DNA of 64,000 nucleotides from Psammoneis japonica (Eukaryota). Location: NCBI GenBank assembly GCA_008632985.1, contig QPGO01000215.1:1-64000 (forward strand). The letters run 5' to 3'. Numbering within the stretch: position 1 is the stretch's first letter; each line of letters opens with the position of its first letter. Below are positions 1-13,398 of this stretch, one piece after another. The notes under the pieces are model-generated. The model had not been told where the DNA came from. It ran no database searches and saw only the letters and a program-made list of their open reading frames with translations. Position numbers and translations under genes: made by a program.

Positions 1-625
1 TTCGTGCACTCTGATGTGTGTGTTGTGCACAGCATCATCGCACAGCATTTGTCCAACTCTCCTCTCATCGCAGGATGGGTTGTTGCCATGTGGTGCATCT
101 GCACAGTGGACTTACGAATTTGACTGTGCACTCCATCTGTCAGGCAGGATGGGTTGGTGCCATGTGGCGCATCCGGCCAAGGGAGGAGTGGGTTCGAAGC
201 CCAGCCGCCCACCCCGGATGGGGTTGGAAAGGGGCAGGCGAGAAAGAAAAGGAGGCTTGGATTTGAGGCCGATTCGAGCCAGCGACCTCAGGAAGCGCAA
301 AGACTCACAACCACTCAGAATGCTGCACACTGCCCTGGCGAGTGCAGGAGGTTCTCAACAACCCAACAGGCAAAGAAGTTGCCACTCGGCTGGCTGTTGA
401 GTCCATTCTCCGTGCACACATTTGGGCGTGTGCTGTGCGCAGCATCGTCACACAGCATTTGTCCAACTCTCCCTCTCGTCGCAGGATGGGTTGTCACCAT
501 GTGGCACATCCACACGGAGGACTCACGAATTTGGCCATGCACTCCCCATGTTGGGCAGGATGGGCCAGCGCCATGTGGAGCATCCGGCCAAGGGAGGAGT
601 GGGCTTGAAGCCCAGCTGCCCACCT
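1..625 (+). repeat. ~410-bp GC-rich tandem unit (about 1.5 copies), part of composite repeat A
   Basis: The motif GTGYTGTGCRCAGCATCRTCRCACAGCATTTGTCCAACTCT recurs at ~19 and ~428. The same unit occurs at 2905, 4405, 15098, 23890 and 50384. Confidence 0.85.
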
Positions 626-1870
626 CAAGACATGTTTGTTTTCTCTGAAAAGACATGTTTGTTTTCCTTGAAACGACACGTTTGTTTTCCTTGAAACAAC
701 ATGTTTGTTTTCCTTGAAATGACATGTTTGTTTTCCTTGAAACGACATGTTTGTTTTTCTTCAAATGACATGTTTGTTTTCTTTGAAACCACGTGTTCGT
801 TTTCCTTGAAACTGCACGTTTGTTTTCCTTGAAAAGACATGTTTGTTTTCCTTGAAACAACATGTTTGTTTTCCTTTAAACGACATGTTTGTTTTCCTTG
901 AAACCACATGTTCGTTTTCCTTGAAATGACACGTTTGTTTTCCTTGAAAAGACCTGTTTGTTTTCTTTGAAACGACATGTTTGTTTTTTTTTGAAACGAC
1001 ATGTTTGTTTTCCTTGAAAAGACATGTTTGTTTTCCTTGAAAAAACATGTTTGTTTTCCCTGAAACGACACATTTGTTTTCCTTGAAAAGACATGTTTGT
1101 TTTCCCTGAAAAAACATGTTTGTTTTGCTTGAAAAGACATGTTTGTTTTCCTTGAAACAACATGTTTGTTTTCCCTGAAACGACATGTTTGGTTTCTTTG
1201 AAACCACATGTTTGTTTTTCTTGAAAACGCATGTTTGATTTCCTTGAAATGACATGTTTGTGTTCCTTGAAATGACATGTTTGTTTTCCTTGAAAAGACA
1301 TGTTTGTTTCTTGAAATGACATGTTTGTTTTCCCTGAAACGACATGTCTGTTTTCCTTGAAACCACATGTTTGTTTTCCTTGAAACGACATGTTTGTTTT
1401 CCTTGAAAAGACACATTTGTTTTCCTTGAAACCACATGTTTGTTTTCCTTGAAAAGACATGTTTGTTTTCCTTGAAACAACATGTTTGTTTTCCTTGAAA
1501 CGACATGTTTGTTTTCCTTGAAAAGACACATTTGTTTTCCTTGAAACGACACGTTTGTTTTCACTGAAAACACGTGTTTGTTTTCCTTGAAACGACATGT
1601 TTGTTTTCAAGACATGTTTGTTTTCCTTGAAAAAAAATGTTTGTTTTCCTTGAAATGACATGTTTGTTTTCATTGAAAAGACATGTTTGTTTTCCTTGAA
1701 AAGACACATTTGTTTTCCTTGAAACGACACATTTGTTTTCCTTGAAAAGACATGTTTGTTTTCCTTGAAATGGCACGTTTGTTTTCCTTGAAATGACACG
1801 TTTGTTTTCCTTAAAACCACATGTTTGTTTTTCTTGAAATGACACGTTTGTTTTATCTGAAAAGACATGT
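626..1870 (-). repeat. 23-bp satellite array (T-rich strand on +)
   Basis: Tandem CATGTTTGTTTTCCTTGAAANNN monomers. Confidence 0.97.
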
Positions 1871-1972
1871 TTGGCAAAAAACGGATTTGGAAAAAGTCAA
1901 TTGCGTCAAATGCACAAATTTCCAAATGACGGGAATCGAACCCGCGAGGAGCACCTGCAGCTGGAACAGGCC
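1871..1972 (-). mobile_element. Truncated MITE family 2 copy
   Basis: Ends in GAGCACCTGCAGCTGGAACAGGCC and is the reverse complement of 5932-6034. Confidence 0.75.
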
Positions 1973-3252
1973 TGCTGTGAAAAGATCAAGATGTCGTCTC
2001 CAGCACCGCTGGCAAAGAAGAGAAAAAAAAATGAGACTGTTGAGCCAATGAGCCCGAGACTTCAGGCAGTGTTGAAGAGAACGGGCAGGCAGGCAGCGCA
2101 TGGTGCGCTGAAACCAGAAGTGGAGAATGCGGCTGGAAATGATCTCTTTCCGCAGGTGAAGTTTCTCAGTCCGTCAGAGTTGGCAAGCAACGGGAGCGTC
2201 TCAATGTTTGTCAAGAAACAGATTGCTGGTGGCAACATGGACACTTCAAATTGGTCAGGAACTTGAGAGGAATGGGCAAAAAAGGCGGCAAAAAGGCAAG
2301 TTGACAATCTCAGAAACACGGTGTGCTCGGCTGTTGGGGCGGAGGCAATGGCCCGCAAGTTGGGTGACCAATGTGTGTGACTCAAGAGTTGTGCGCATCT
2401 CAAAAGAAGATGACGGTGATGCTTTGTCTGTGCAGGTGTTGTCACCAAGGAAGAGGGAAAGGAAAAAGAAAAGAAACTCAAGGCGGCAGTCAAGAGGAAA
2501 AAGCAAGGCAGGAAAAAGTCAAGCCGTGACAAGAATGAAAAGAAAGACATCCCGATTGTGCCGACATGGAATCTGCTTGGCCCAGACACTGTCGCCGGCA
2601 GCAAATGAAGGAACAAGCAGGCGTGCAAGTGGTTCTGTGATCACACCCCTGTTTGCAAAAATTGACAAACCAAGGATTGCGCGGCAATGCAACCATGGAT
2701 TGGCACATGGCAACAAGGTGGTGGCAGAAACGGCGATGTGGACACAGTGAAAAATGGCGCACATGATTCTCAACAAGTTGTCGTGACATTGGAGCAGCAA
2801 ACTTGCAACCAGAGGTTGGCCTGTCATTGTGCAACAACAATTTTTTGCAACATTTTGACAAATTGTCATCATGCAAATCCACACATTTTTAACATTTTTT
2901 GCACTCTGATGCGTGCGTTGTGCACAGCATCATCACACAGCATTTGCCCAACTCTCCCTCTCATCGCAGGATGGGTTGCCGCCATGTGGCGCATCTGCAC
3001 AGCGGACTTGCAAATTTGACCATGCACTCCCTCTGTCAGGCAGGATGGGTTGGTGCCATGTGGCGCATCCGGCCAAGGGAGGAGTGGGTTCGAAGCCCAG
3101 CCGCCCACCCCAGATGGGGTTGGAAAGGGGCAGGCCAAGAAAGAAAAGGAGGCTTCGATTTGAGGCCAATTCAAGCCAGCAACCTCAGGAAGTGCAGCAC
3201 ACATTCAGGCATGTGTTGTGGACAGCATCGTCGCACAGCATTTGTCCAACTG
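1973..3252 (+). repeat. Composite repeat A: degraded transposon accessory ORF plus ~410-bp unit
   Basis: Encodes EVENAAGNDLFPQVKFLSPSELASNGSVS, which is similar to the ORF at 57257-57541. Near-identical copies lie at 4408-5931(-), 15098-16822(-), 23226-24751(+) and 48520-51126(+). Confidence 0.8.
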
Positions 3253-4407
3253 AACATGACAGTTTTCCTTGAAAAGACATGTTTGTTTTCCTTGAAAAGA
3301 CATGTTTGTTTTCCTTGAAACCACATGTTTGTTTTCCTTGAAACCACATGTTTGTTTTCCTTGAAATGACACATTTGTTTTCCTTGAAAAGACATGTTTG
3401 TTTTCTTTGAAACAACATGTTTGTTTTTCTTGAAAAGACATGTTTGTTTTCCTTGAAAAGACATGTTTGTTTTCCTTGAAACCACATGTTTGTTTTCCCT
3501 GAAATGACACGTTTGTTTTCCTTGAAAAGACACGTTTGTTTTCCTTGAAAAGACATGTTTGTTTTTCTTGAAACGACATGTTTGTTTTCCGTGAAACGAC
3601 ATGTTTGTTTTCCTTGAAACGACATGTTTGTTTTCCCTGAAACGACATGTTTGGTTTCTTTGAAACCACATGTTTGTTTTTCTTGAAAACACATGTTTGT
3701 TTTCCTTGAAACGACATGTTTTTTTTCGCTGAAAAGACATGTTTGTTTTCCTTGGAAGTGCACATTTGTTTTCCTTGAGACGACATGTTTGTTTTCCTTG
3801 AGACGACATGTTTGTTTTGTTTTCCTTGAAACCACATGTTTGTTTTCCTTGAAAACACATGTTTGTTTTCCTTGAAACGACATGTTTGTTTTCCTTGAAA
3901 AGACATGTTTGTTTTCCTTGAAACCACATGTTTGTTTTTCTTGAAACCACATGTTTGTTTTCCTTGAAAAGACATGTTTGTTTTCTTTGAAACAACATGT
4001 TTGTTTTTCTTGAAAAGACATGTTTGTTTTTCTTGAAAAAACATGTTTGTTTTCTGTGAAACCACGTGTTGGTTTTCCCTGAAACGACACGTTTGTTTTC
4101 CCTGAAAGGACACGTTTGTTTTTCTTGAAAGACACGCTCGTTTTCATTGCAAAGTCATGCTTGTTTTCCGTGAAACGACATGTTTGTTTTCCTTGAAATC
4201 ACATGTTTGTTTTTCTTGAAAACACATGTTTGTTTTCCTTGAAACGACATGTTTGTTTTCCTTGAAATGACATGTTTGCTTTCCTTTAAAAGACACCTTT
4301 GTTTTCCTTAAAAACACATGTTTGTTTTCCTTGAAATGACATGTTTGTTTTCCTTGAAAAGACATGTTTGTTTTCCTTGAAATGACACGTTTGTTTTCCA
4401 TGAAACA
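3253..4407 (-). repeat. 23-bp satellite array
   Basis: Tandem monomers. Confidence 0.97.
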
Positions 4408-5931
4408 CTCCTCCCTTGGCCGGATGCGCCACATGGCGCTGGCCCATCCTGCCCAACATGGGGAGTGCATGGCCAAATTTGTGAGTCCTCCGTGCGGATG
4501 CGCCACATGGTGACAACCCATCCTGCGACGAGAGGGAGAGTTGGACAAATGCTGTGTGATGATGCTGCGCACAACACACGCCCAAATGTGTGCGCGGAGA
4601 AGGGACTCAACAGCCAGCCGAGTGGCAACTTCTTTGCCTGTTGGGTTGTTGAGAACCTCCTGCACTGGCCAGGGCAGTGTGCAGCGTTCTGATTGGTTGT
4701 GAGTCTTTGTGCTTCCTGAGGTCGCTGGCTCGAATCGGCCTCAAATCCAAGCCTCCTTTTCTTTCTCGGCCTGCCCCTTTCCAACCCCATCCGGGGTGGG
4801 CGGCTGGGCTTCGAACCCACTCCTCCCTTGGCCGGATGCGCCACATGGCACCAACCCATCCTGCCTGACAGAGGGAGTGCATGGTCAAATTCGCAAGTCC
4901 GCTGTGCAGATGCACCACATGGTGACAACCCATCCTGCGATGAGAGGGAGAGTTGGACAAATGCTGTGCAATGATGCTGTGCACAACACACGCATCAGAG
5001 TGCACGAAACGTTAAAAATGTGTGGATTTGCATGATGGCAATTTGTCAAAATGTTGCAAAAAATTGTTGTCGCACAATGACAGGCCAACCTCTGGTTGCA
5101 AGTTTGCTGTGCCAATTTCACGACAACTTGTTGAGAATCATGTGCGCCATTTTTCACTGTGCCCACATCGCCATTTCTGCCTCCACCTTGTTGCCATGTG
5201 CCAATCCATGATTGCATTGCCGCACAATCCTTGGTTTGTCAATTTTTGCAAACAGGGGTGTGATCACAGAACCACTTGCGTGCCTGCTTGTTCCTTCGTT
5301 TGCTGCCAGTGACAGTGTCTGGGCCAAGCGGATCCCATGTCGGCACAATCGGGATGTCTTTCTTTTCGTTCTTGTCACGGCTTGACTTTTTCCTGCCTTG
5401 CTTTTTCCTCTTGACTGCCGCCTTGAGTTTCTTTTCTTTTTCCTTTCCCTCTTCCTTGGCAACAACGCCTGCACAGACAAAGCATCACCGTCATCTTCTT
5501 GCGAGATGCGCGCAACTCTCGAGCCACACACGTTGGTCACCCAACTTGCGGGCCATTGCCTCCGCCCCAACAGCCGAGCACACCGTGTTTCTGAGATTGT
5601 CAGCTTGCCTTTTTGCCGCCTCTTTTGCCCATTCCTCCCAAGTTCCTGACCAATTTGAAGTGTCCATGTTGCCACCAGCAATCTGTTTCTTGACAAACAT
5701 TGAGACGCTCCCATTGCTTGCCAATTCTGATGGACTGAGAAACTTCACCTGTGAAAAGAGATCATTTCCAGCCACCTTCTCCACTTCTGGTTTCAGCACA
5801 CCATGCGCTGCCTGCATGCCCATTCTCTTCAACACTGCCTGAAGTCTCAGGCTCATTGGCTCAACAGTCTCATTTTTCTTTCTCTTCTTTGCCGGTGGTG
5901 CTGGAGACGACATCTTGATCTTTTCACAGCA
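4408..5931 (-). repeat. Composite repeat A, inverted copy
   Basis: Reverse complement of 1973-3190 plus further ~410-bp unit sequence. Confidence 0.85.
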
Positions 5932-6191
5932 GGCCTGTTCCAGCTCCAGGTGCTCCGCGCGGGTTCGATTCCCATCATTTGGAAATTTGTGCATTTGGCG
6001 CAATTGACTTTTTCCAAATCCGTTTTTTGCCAAATCAAAGGGTGAGTGTGCACTTTACATGCATTTTCGGGTGTGCACTCACCTTTTGCTTTTCGAAACG
6101 ATCAAAATTGAAGGAGTCAATTGCGCTAAACTGTGCAGAAAATCGGCCTCTCGAGTGATGAAAAGCAGAGCACCTGGAGCTGGAACAGGCC
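5932..6191. mobile_element. MITE family 2 (260 bp, 24-bp TIR, 4-bp TSD AGCA)
   Basis: GGCCTGTTCCAGCTCCAGGTGCTC ... GAGCACCTGGAGCTGGAACAGGCC. AGCA at 5928-5931 and 6192-6195. Internal inverted repeat at ~6037-6087. Confidence 0.88.
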
Positions 6192-6199
6192 AGCAACAA

Positions 6200-6600
6200 T
6201 GAGAGGAGCACTGCTGTTCGACAGTGCAGCCGTCATTTGGGTCATGTTGAGACAGCCAGCCACTCCATTTTTCTCCGCAACATTGAACAAATTGTTGTCA
6301 GCAACCACGCTGCTGCAGTGCATCCTTGCTCCGAAGAGCGCGCGCCAATGAGGAATGTCCCCATTTGCGTGGCTGCTGCCATGTGGGTTGATCCAGCCAA
6401 TGGACAGCCACACCCACTGCCAGCCCACGAGGCTGTGTTTTTCAGGGAAAGAATGACTGACACCCTGCTGTGCCCCAGCCAACTGTGAGCAAGTGAGCTG
6501 ACTGTCCACGACACCCCTCGCCAGTTTGACCCCAACAGCACGCACTCTGTTGTTTTCCCTGACTTGAAAATCAGGGTGCTTTTGCGCGCGCAAGGTGTGT
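6200..6600 (+). pseudogene. Copia family B protease-region fragment
   Basis: PICVAAAMWVDP...LPAHEAVFF...DTLLCPSQL matches the pol ORF at 44090. Confidence 0.7.
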
Positions 6601-6654
6601 TGAGTGCCAGAGCGGGACTTGGGCCTGTCTGCAGAGAAGACTTCAATGTCAAGG

Positions 6655-7215
6655 TCAAACAAACATGTCTTGAAAACAAACATGTCTTGAAAACAAACAT
6701 GTCTTTTCAAGGAAAACAAACATGTCGTTTCAAGGAAAACAAACACGTCGCTTCAAGGGAAAAAAATGTCTTTTCAAGGAAAACAAATGCGGCGTTTCAA
6801 GGAAAACAAACATGTGGTTTCAATGAAAACAACCATGTCTTTTCTGGGAAAACAAGTGTGTCGTTTCAAGGAAAACAAGCGTGTCTTTTCAAGGAAAACA
6901 AACACTTCGTTTCAAGGAAAACAAACATGTCTTTTCAAGGAAAACAAATGTGTCATTTCAAGAAAAACAATCGCGTCATTTCAAGGAAAACAAACATGTC
7001 TTTTCAGGGAAAACAAACATGCCTTTTCAATGTAAACAAACATGTCGTTTCAAGGAAAACAAACATGTCTTGAAAACAAACATGTCTTTTCAAGGAAAAC
7101 AAACATGTCGTTTCAAGGAAAACAAACATGTCGTTTCAAGGGGGAAAAAAATGTCTTTTCAAGGACAACAAACATGTCGTTTCAAGGAAAACAAACATGT
7201 GTTTTCAAGGAAAAT
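6655..7215 (+). repeat. 23-bp satellite array (A-rich strand on +)
   Basis: Tandem TTTCAAGGAAAACAAACATG monomers. Confidence 0.95.
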
Positions 7216-7367
7216 GTTAGATTGGACATTGGATGTTTGCCGCTTGAGACAGCACAGAGCCAACAGAGACAAAATTTGCCAGGGGCCCCACTCAAGATGG
7301 TGCCTGCCACTCAAGACTGGATGTTGAGCACTCGAGACACTGCAGCTCACCACTTGAGATGATGACA

Positions 7368-7757
7368 GATGCGCTCCAGGTCCAGGTGGGACCTCGCACT
7401 GCTGAACTGTGACATCGACAGTTTTTTGAATCACGTCGCATGTTGCGCACGTAGATTTCTGCGTGATTTTTTTGACATTTTTTGTCATTTTACGGTGCAT
7501 TCATTGAGCGATCCGTCCAACAACTTTTGACATTTTTTGTTGCAGCACGATTCTACAATGTCTTGAGAGTCGCACAGGGCAGGCGCACCTGCAAAAACGT
7601 CGAGTGGCAAGAGGCACAATTGCACCACAAACTTGGCAGTTCATTTGATGTTGAAGACAAACACACCCATTGGTCAAATTCTCACACTGCGGAGCTCGCA
7701 CGTAGAATTCTGTGGGCCCAATGTCACACGGAGTCCCATCCAGGACTGGAACCCATC
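7368..7757. mobile_element. MITE family 1 (~390 bp), TSD not retained
   Basis: TIR-like ends GATGCGCTCCAGGTCCAGGTGGGAC ... GTCCCATCCAGGACTGGAACCCATC. Body matches 41623-42012. Confidence 0.8.
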
Positions 7758-7839
7758 GTTTTCAAGTGAGACAAATGTGTGGTTTCAAGGAAAACAATCA
7801 TGCAAACAAACATGTGGTTTCAAGGAAAACAAACATGTC

Positions 7840-8224
7840 AACGGGTTCCAGCCCCAGGTGGGACTTTTTGTGACATTTGCCCCGTGGAATTCTGCGAGCT
7901 CTGCAGTTTGCACTCTGGTTGATGGACACATTTGTCTTCAACATGAAAAAAACGGCCAAGTTTGTGGCACATCTGTCCATGCAGGTGCTCGAAGTTTTGG
8001 ACAACACGCCTGCCCTGCGCCATTCTCAAGACACTCGAGAATGGCGCAGAAGAAAAAAATGTCAAAAGTTGGTCAATGCATGGCCTGACAATTGCACTGT
8101 AAAATCACACAAAATTTCGCCACAATCACGTAGAAATGTGCGTGCACGACATACGACGCGATTCAAAAAACTGTCAATGTCACAGTTCAGCAGTGCGAGG
8201 TCCCACCTGGACCTGGAACGCGTC
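7840..8224. mobile_element. MITE family 1 inserted in satellite, TSD TGTC
   Basis: TGTC|AACGGGTTCCAGCCCCAGGTGGGAC ... GTCCCACCTGGACCTGGAACGCGTC|TGTC. Confidence 0.88.
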
Positions 8225-8397
8225 TGTCGTTTCAAGGAAAACAAACATGTCGTTTCAAGGAAAACAAACATGTCTTTTCAAGGAAAACAAACATGTTGTT
8301 TCAAGGAAAACAAACACGTCTTTTCAAGGAAAACAAACATGTGTTTCAAGGAAAACAAACATGTGGTTTCAAAAAAAACAAACATGTCTTTTCAAGG

Positions 8398-8587
8398 AGC
8401 GAGAATGGCGCAGAAGAAAAAAATGTCAAAAGTTGATCAATGCATGGCCTGACAATTGCGCTGTAAAATCAACAAAATTTCGCCACAGTCACGCAGAAAT
8501 GTGCGTGCGCGACACACGACGCGATTCAAAAAACTGTCGATGTCACAGTTCAGCAGTGCGAGGTCCCACCTAGACCTGGAACGCGTC
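8398..8587. mobile_element. Tandemly duplicated right half of the 7840 MITE
   Basis: Repeats ~8036-8224 with the same downstream satellite junction. Confidence 0.8.
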
Positions 8588-10551
8588 TGCCGTTTCAAGG
8601 AAAACAAATGTGTGTTTTCAAGGAAAACAAACATGTCGTTTCAAGGAAAACAAACATGCAATTTCAAGGAAATCAAACATGTCTTTTCAATGAAAACAAA
8701 CATGTCGTTTCAAGGAAAACAAACATGTGTTTTCAAGGAAAACAAACATGTGGTTTCAAGGAAAACAAACATGTCATTTCAAGGAAAACAAACATGTTGT
8801 TTCAAGGAAAACAAACATGTCTTTTTAAGGAAAACAAACATGTCGTTTCAAGGAAAACAAACGTGTCATTTCAAGGAAAACAAACATGTGGTTTCAAGGA
8901 AAACAAACTTGTTGTTTCAAGGAAATCAAACATGTCTTTTCAATGAAAACAAACATGTCTTTTCAAGGAAAACAAACATGTCGTTTCAAGGAAAACAAAC
9001 ATGTCTTTTCAAAGAAAACAAACATGTCTTTTTAATGAAAACAAACATGTCGTTTCAAGGAAAACAAACGTGTCATTTTAGGGAAAACAAACATGTGGTT
9101 TCAAGGAAAACAAACATGTGGTTTCAAGGAAAACCAACATGTCTTTTCAAGGAAAACAAACATGTCGTTTCAAGGAAAATAAACACGTCGTTTCAAAGAA
9201 AACAAACATGCCATTTCAATGGAAAACAATCATGTTGTTTCAAGGAAAACAATTGTGTGTTGTCAAGGAAAACAAACATGTCGTTTCAAGGAAAACAAAC
9301 ATGCCATTTCAAGGAAAACAAACATGTTGTTTCAAGGAAAACAAATGTGTCTTTTCAAGGAAAACAAACATGTTGTTTCAAGGAAAACAAATGTGTCTTT
9401 TCAAGGAAAACAAACATGTTGTTTCAAGGAAAACAAACATGTCGTTTCAAGGAAATCAAACATGTCTTTCCATGGAAAACAAACATGTTGTTTCAAGGAA
9501 AACAAACATGCAGTTTCAAAGAAAACAAACATGTCTTTTCAAGGAAAACAAACATGTCTTTTCAAGGAAAACAAACATTTCGTTTCAAAGAAAACAAACA
9601 TGTCTTTTCAATGAAAACAAACATGTCGTTTCAAGGAAAACAAACGTGTCATTTCAAGGAAAACAAACATGTGGTTTCAAGGAAAACAAACATGTCGTTT
9701 CAAGGAAAACAAACATGCCATTTCAGAGAAAACAAACATGTTGTTTCAAGGAAAACAAATGTGTCTTTTCAAGGAAAACAAACATGTCGTTTCAAAGAAA
9801 ACAAACTTGTCATTTTAAGGAAAACAAACATGTTGTTTCAAGGAAAACAAACATGTCTTTTCAAGGAAAACAAACATGTCGTTTCAAGGAAAATAAACAC
9901 GTCCTTTCAAGGAAAACAAATGTGTCTTTTCAAGGAAAACAAACATGTCATTTCAAGGAAAACAAACATGTCGTTTCAAGGAAATCAAACATGTCTTTTC
10001 AAGGAAAACAAACATGTCGTTTCAAGGAAAACAAACATGTCGTTTCAAGGAAAACAAATGTGTCTTTTCAAGGAAAACAAACATGTGGTTTCAAGGAAAA
10101 CAAACATGTCGTTTCAAGGAAATCAAACATGTCTTTTCAATGAAAACAAACATGTCGTTTCAAGGAAAACAAACATGTGTTTTCAAGGAAAACAAACATG
10201 TGGTTTCAAGGAAAACAAACATGTCTTCGTAAGGAAAACAAACATGTCATTTCAAGGAAAACAAACGTGTCATTTCAAGGAAAACAAACATGTGGTTTCA
10301 AGGAAAACAAACTTGTCGTTTCAAGGAAAACAAACATGTCTTTTCAATGAAAACAAACATGTGTTTTCAAGGAAATCAAACATGTGGTTTCAGGGAAAAC
10401 AAACATGTCTTTTCACGGAAAACAAACAAGTCGTTTCAAGGAAAACAAACATGTCATTTCAAGGAAAACAAATGTGTCTTTTCAAGGAAAACAAACGTGT
10501 CTTTTCATTGAAAACAAACATGTTGTTTCAAGGAAAACAAACATGTCGTTT
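8588..10551 (+). repeat. 23-bp satellite array
   Basis: About 85 tandem monomers, estimated from length. Confidence 0.97.
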
Positions 10552-13157
10552 TGAACAAATGCTGATGTGCTGTCACAAACACAGGCAGTTTGTGTGCTGT
10601 TGGTGATTGGTTCACTGTTGCTTGATCAGTGGCCCCAATGGCGCAACATCTCACAATTCTAGAACCCGCTGATGCTGCTCAACACTCTGTCTTGTCTTGC
10701 ACCCAATTCTCAGCCATCATGGTGGCATTTGGTCACTTTGTCAGAGCCAGTGCGCTGTGATGTTCATCGCCTGGAACGGGCATTGCAAACGGTGTGACGG
10801 CATCGTTGCGATCAATTGATTTTTGTGGCAAGCACCATGTTGGTCCCATGGTTGCTCGTGCAATTGCTGAGTCCTTTGTGTGTGTCAACATTCATGGACA
10901 TGAACAACATGCTCTTGGAGACCAGAGCTGTGATCCGTCAGACATGACGTCATCACACAAAATGTTTGATCATGTGGATGGAACATGTCGGCTGAGACAC
11001 GCAAACATTTGTGACGAAGACAACACAATGATTTGTGCGCTGTCTGTCATTTGACCACACACATCTCATCAATCAAAGTGCATCATCAAATTGTTTGGAC
11101 GCTGCACATGTGGATGCATGTCTGTTGGACATTGTCGCTTGGGGGCAACACCGCCTGCTCATGGGTTCGCCAAGCAGAAACCGCCAAATCGGCACGAGAG
11201 CCATGCATTTTTCTCACTTTCCTCCACTCACACAAGTGGACGCTCACGCATCGAAACGCGAACAACTGCTGATGCGCCATGGCCGCTGCTGCAGCCTTTG
11301 CCGCCTGTCTTGCGTGTTGTGGGCACAGTGCACAGACGCGCACCCACATGGCCCGTCAAGGCTTCACTGCTGTCAAGGACCTGGAGCAGGTCCCTTTGAC
11401 TAAAATTGCCGACATGAAGAAGGGCACCATGAAAAGCGTGGGTGCCGCTGCCAGCCCTCAAGTCCGCTTTCCACACCTGGCGAATCGAAAGCTCAAGGCA
11501 CTGCACGCATGGATTGACTGCCGCAGAGCCCGGAGCCAACAGCCGGCCGCTGCTCTCTTCGCTGGCAATGTTGTTGGAACATGGGCGGCACGTCTGATGG
11601 AACTGGAGCAATTCAAGTCCGCCAACGTCTGGACGACAAGCTGGGGAACATGAGGAAGTCACCGCTGTGATGTTGGCTGCCACCTGTGCTGCCATTGACG
11701 AGGACCTCATTGCTGCCACCCGCCTTGCAGGCGCTCAGCATGCGCAGGACAGGCAATGACTGCATGATCTCCTGAAGAAGTCAGTGATGGGGGGGGCCGG
11801 GTGGGCTTTTGTCAAACCTTCCAATCGCAGCCGCGATGGTCGCACTGCTTTCTTTGCACTTGAGAGGCAGGCGGAAGGATCAGCCGCCGCCACCACCCAA
11901 AAGAACCGTGCTCATGCACAGATTGCTGCCGCAAAAGTGCACCGGACGGGGTCGATTTGCATTTGACCAGCACACTCAGCATCATCAAAAGGCTCACAAC
12001 GACTTGTCTGAGCTTGATGAACTGGTGGCCGAGACCAAGAAGGTCTCTGACTTTCTGAATGGCATCTCCGACCGGAGTGCTCTTGACGGTCCCGAGCGAG
12101 AGCAAGTCCAAAAGCTCCGCGATGCCAAGAAGGCCAAAAAGAAATGCAAAGCTGCTGCTGTGTCCTTGGAAGCTGAGTCGGTCGATGCCGAAACTCTCGC
12201 TGTAAAGAAAGCGGCTGATGCGCCGAAAGACTCCGACGAGCCTGATGAACCTGCCGCCAATGCAGGCACCCAGTTTGGATGCAGCGCACATGAGAAACCT
12301 CAGAATGAGGAATGAACAGTTGCGCCAGCACTGAAAGGCACAGAACCAAATGTCGCTAAACCTGCTGGCACTGTTTGTTTGTCTGGGTGATTCTCAAAGG
12401 ATGTGCGTGTCTCTTTGTCATCTGCTGGAAATTCAGATGACGAAGCCACCACTGATTTAGACTCGCACGCTGACACGTGTGCTGTTGGGTCCAATTTTGT
12501 GATGTGCTCTGACATTGACAGAACTGTCGTGGTGCACCCCCGCTCCGAAGAGCACGCACCAATGGAGAACACTCCTGTTTGCACGGCTGCTGCCGTGTGG
12601 GTTGATCCAACTGATGGACAACCGTGCTTGCTGCCAGTCCACGAGGCCATGTTTTTTGGGGACAAGATGACCAACACCCTTCTGTGCCCCAACCAACTGC
12701 GAGCAAATGGGCTGATTGTCCACGACACCCCTTGCCAGTTTGATCCGACTGGCGCGCACTCCATTGCTTTCCCTGACTTGAAGATCAGGGTGCCACTGCA
12801 AACAAGAGGCGTTGCTTCTGTCTTTGATTCACACAAAGCCAACAAATGAGGATCTGGAGAACCTCCCCCGGCTGGAACTCACATCACCCCCAAGATGGGA
12901 GCCTTCTGCTGGTGTCCACTCCATGCAGCCCCTGGCAGAACCTGGCCGAGGCATCCATTCGTGAGTTGAAGAAAAGAGTCCGTGTGACTCTGCACTGGAC
13001 TGGCGCTCACAGACGACTTTGGTCCCACAGCGCCAAATGGGCATGTGACATCCGACGCATGGTTGCAACCAGTGTGTCAGACATGGGAGGACGAGTCCCA
13101 GAAGAGGAGGTGACAGGTTCAACACCCGACATCTCTTCCCTCTCTCTCTTTGATTGG
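10552..13157 (+). mobile_element. Copia family B, 5' part (LTR 10552-10735, PBS, gag, protease, internally deleted integrase)
   Basis: TG...CA LTR followed by CTTTGTCAGAGCCAG. Gag-like ORFs, DSHADT protease motif, PWQNLAE integrase motif. Duplicate of 42079-45568 with deletions. Confidence 0.85.
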
Positions 13158-13398
13158 TGAAAACAAACATGTCTTTTCAAGGAAAACAAACATGTCGTTT
13201 CAAGGGGAAAAAAATGTCTTTTCAAGGAAAACAAACATGTCGTTTCAAGGAAAACAAACATGTGTTTTCAATTGAAACAAACATGTCATTTCAAGGAAAA
13301 CAAACATGTCATTTCAAAGAAAACAAACACGTCGTTTCAGGGAAAACAAGCGTGTCATTTCAAGGAAAACAAACGTGTCTTTTCAAGGAAAACAAACA
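13158..13398 (+). repeat. 23-bp satellite array
   Basis: Tandem monomers. Confidence 0.93.

Noticed and set aside
150..215. tRNA gene
   Set aside because: Only a T-arm-like hairpin is present, with no convincing anticodon or D arm.
14..694. Overlapping Cys/His-rich short ORFs in repeat A and throughout the window
   Set aside because: They are a by-product of TAA/TAG loss, with no consistent frame between copies.
626..1870. CRISPR-like array
   Set aside because: Monomers are contiguous with no unique spacers, there are no cas genes, and the context is eukaryotic TE sequence.
8456..10606. Long ORFs of repeated FKENKHVVSRKTNMSFQGKQTC (716 aa here, 732 aa at 32812, and others)
   Set aside because: These are translations of a 23-bp satellite whose A-rich strand lacks stops in all three frames. 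The period is not a multiple of 3.
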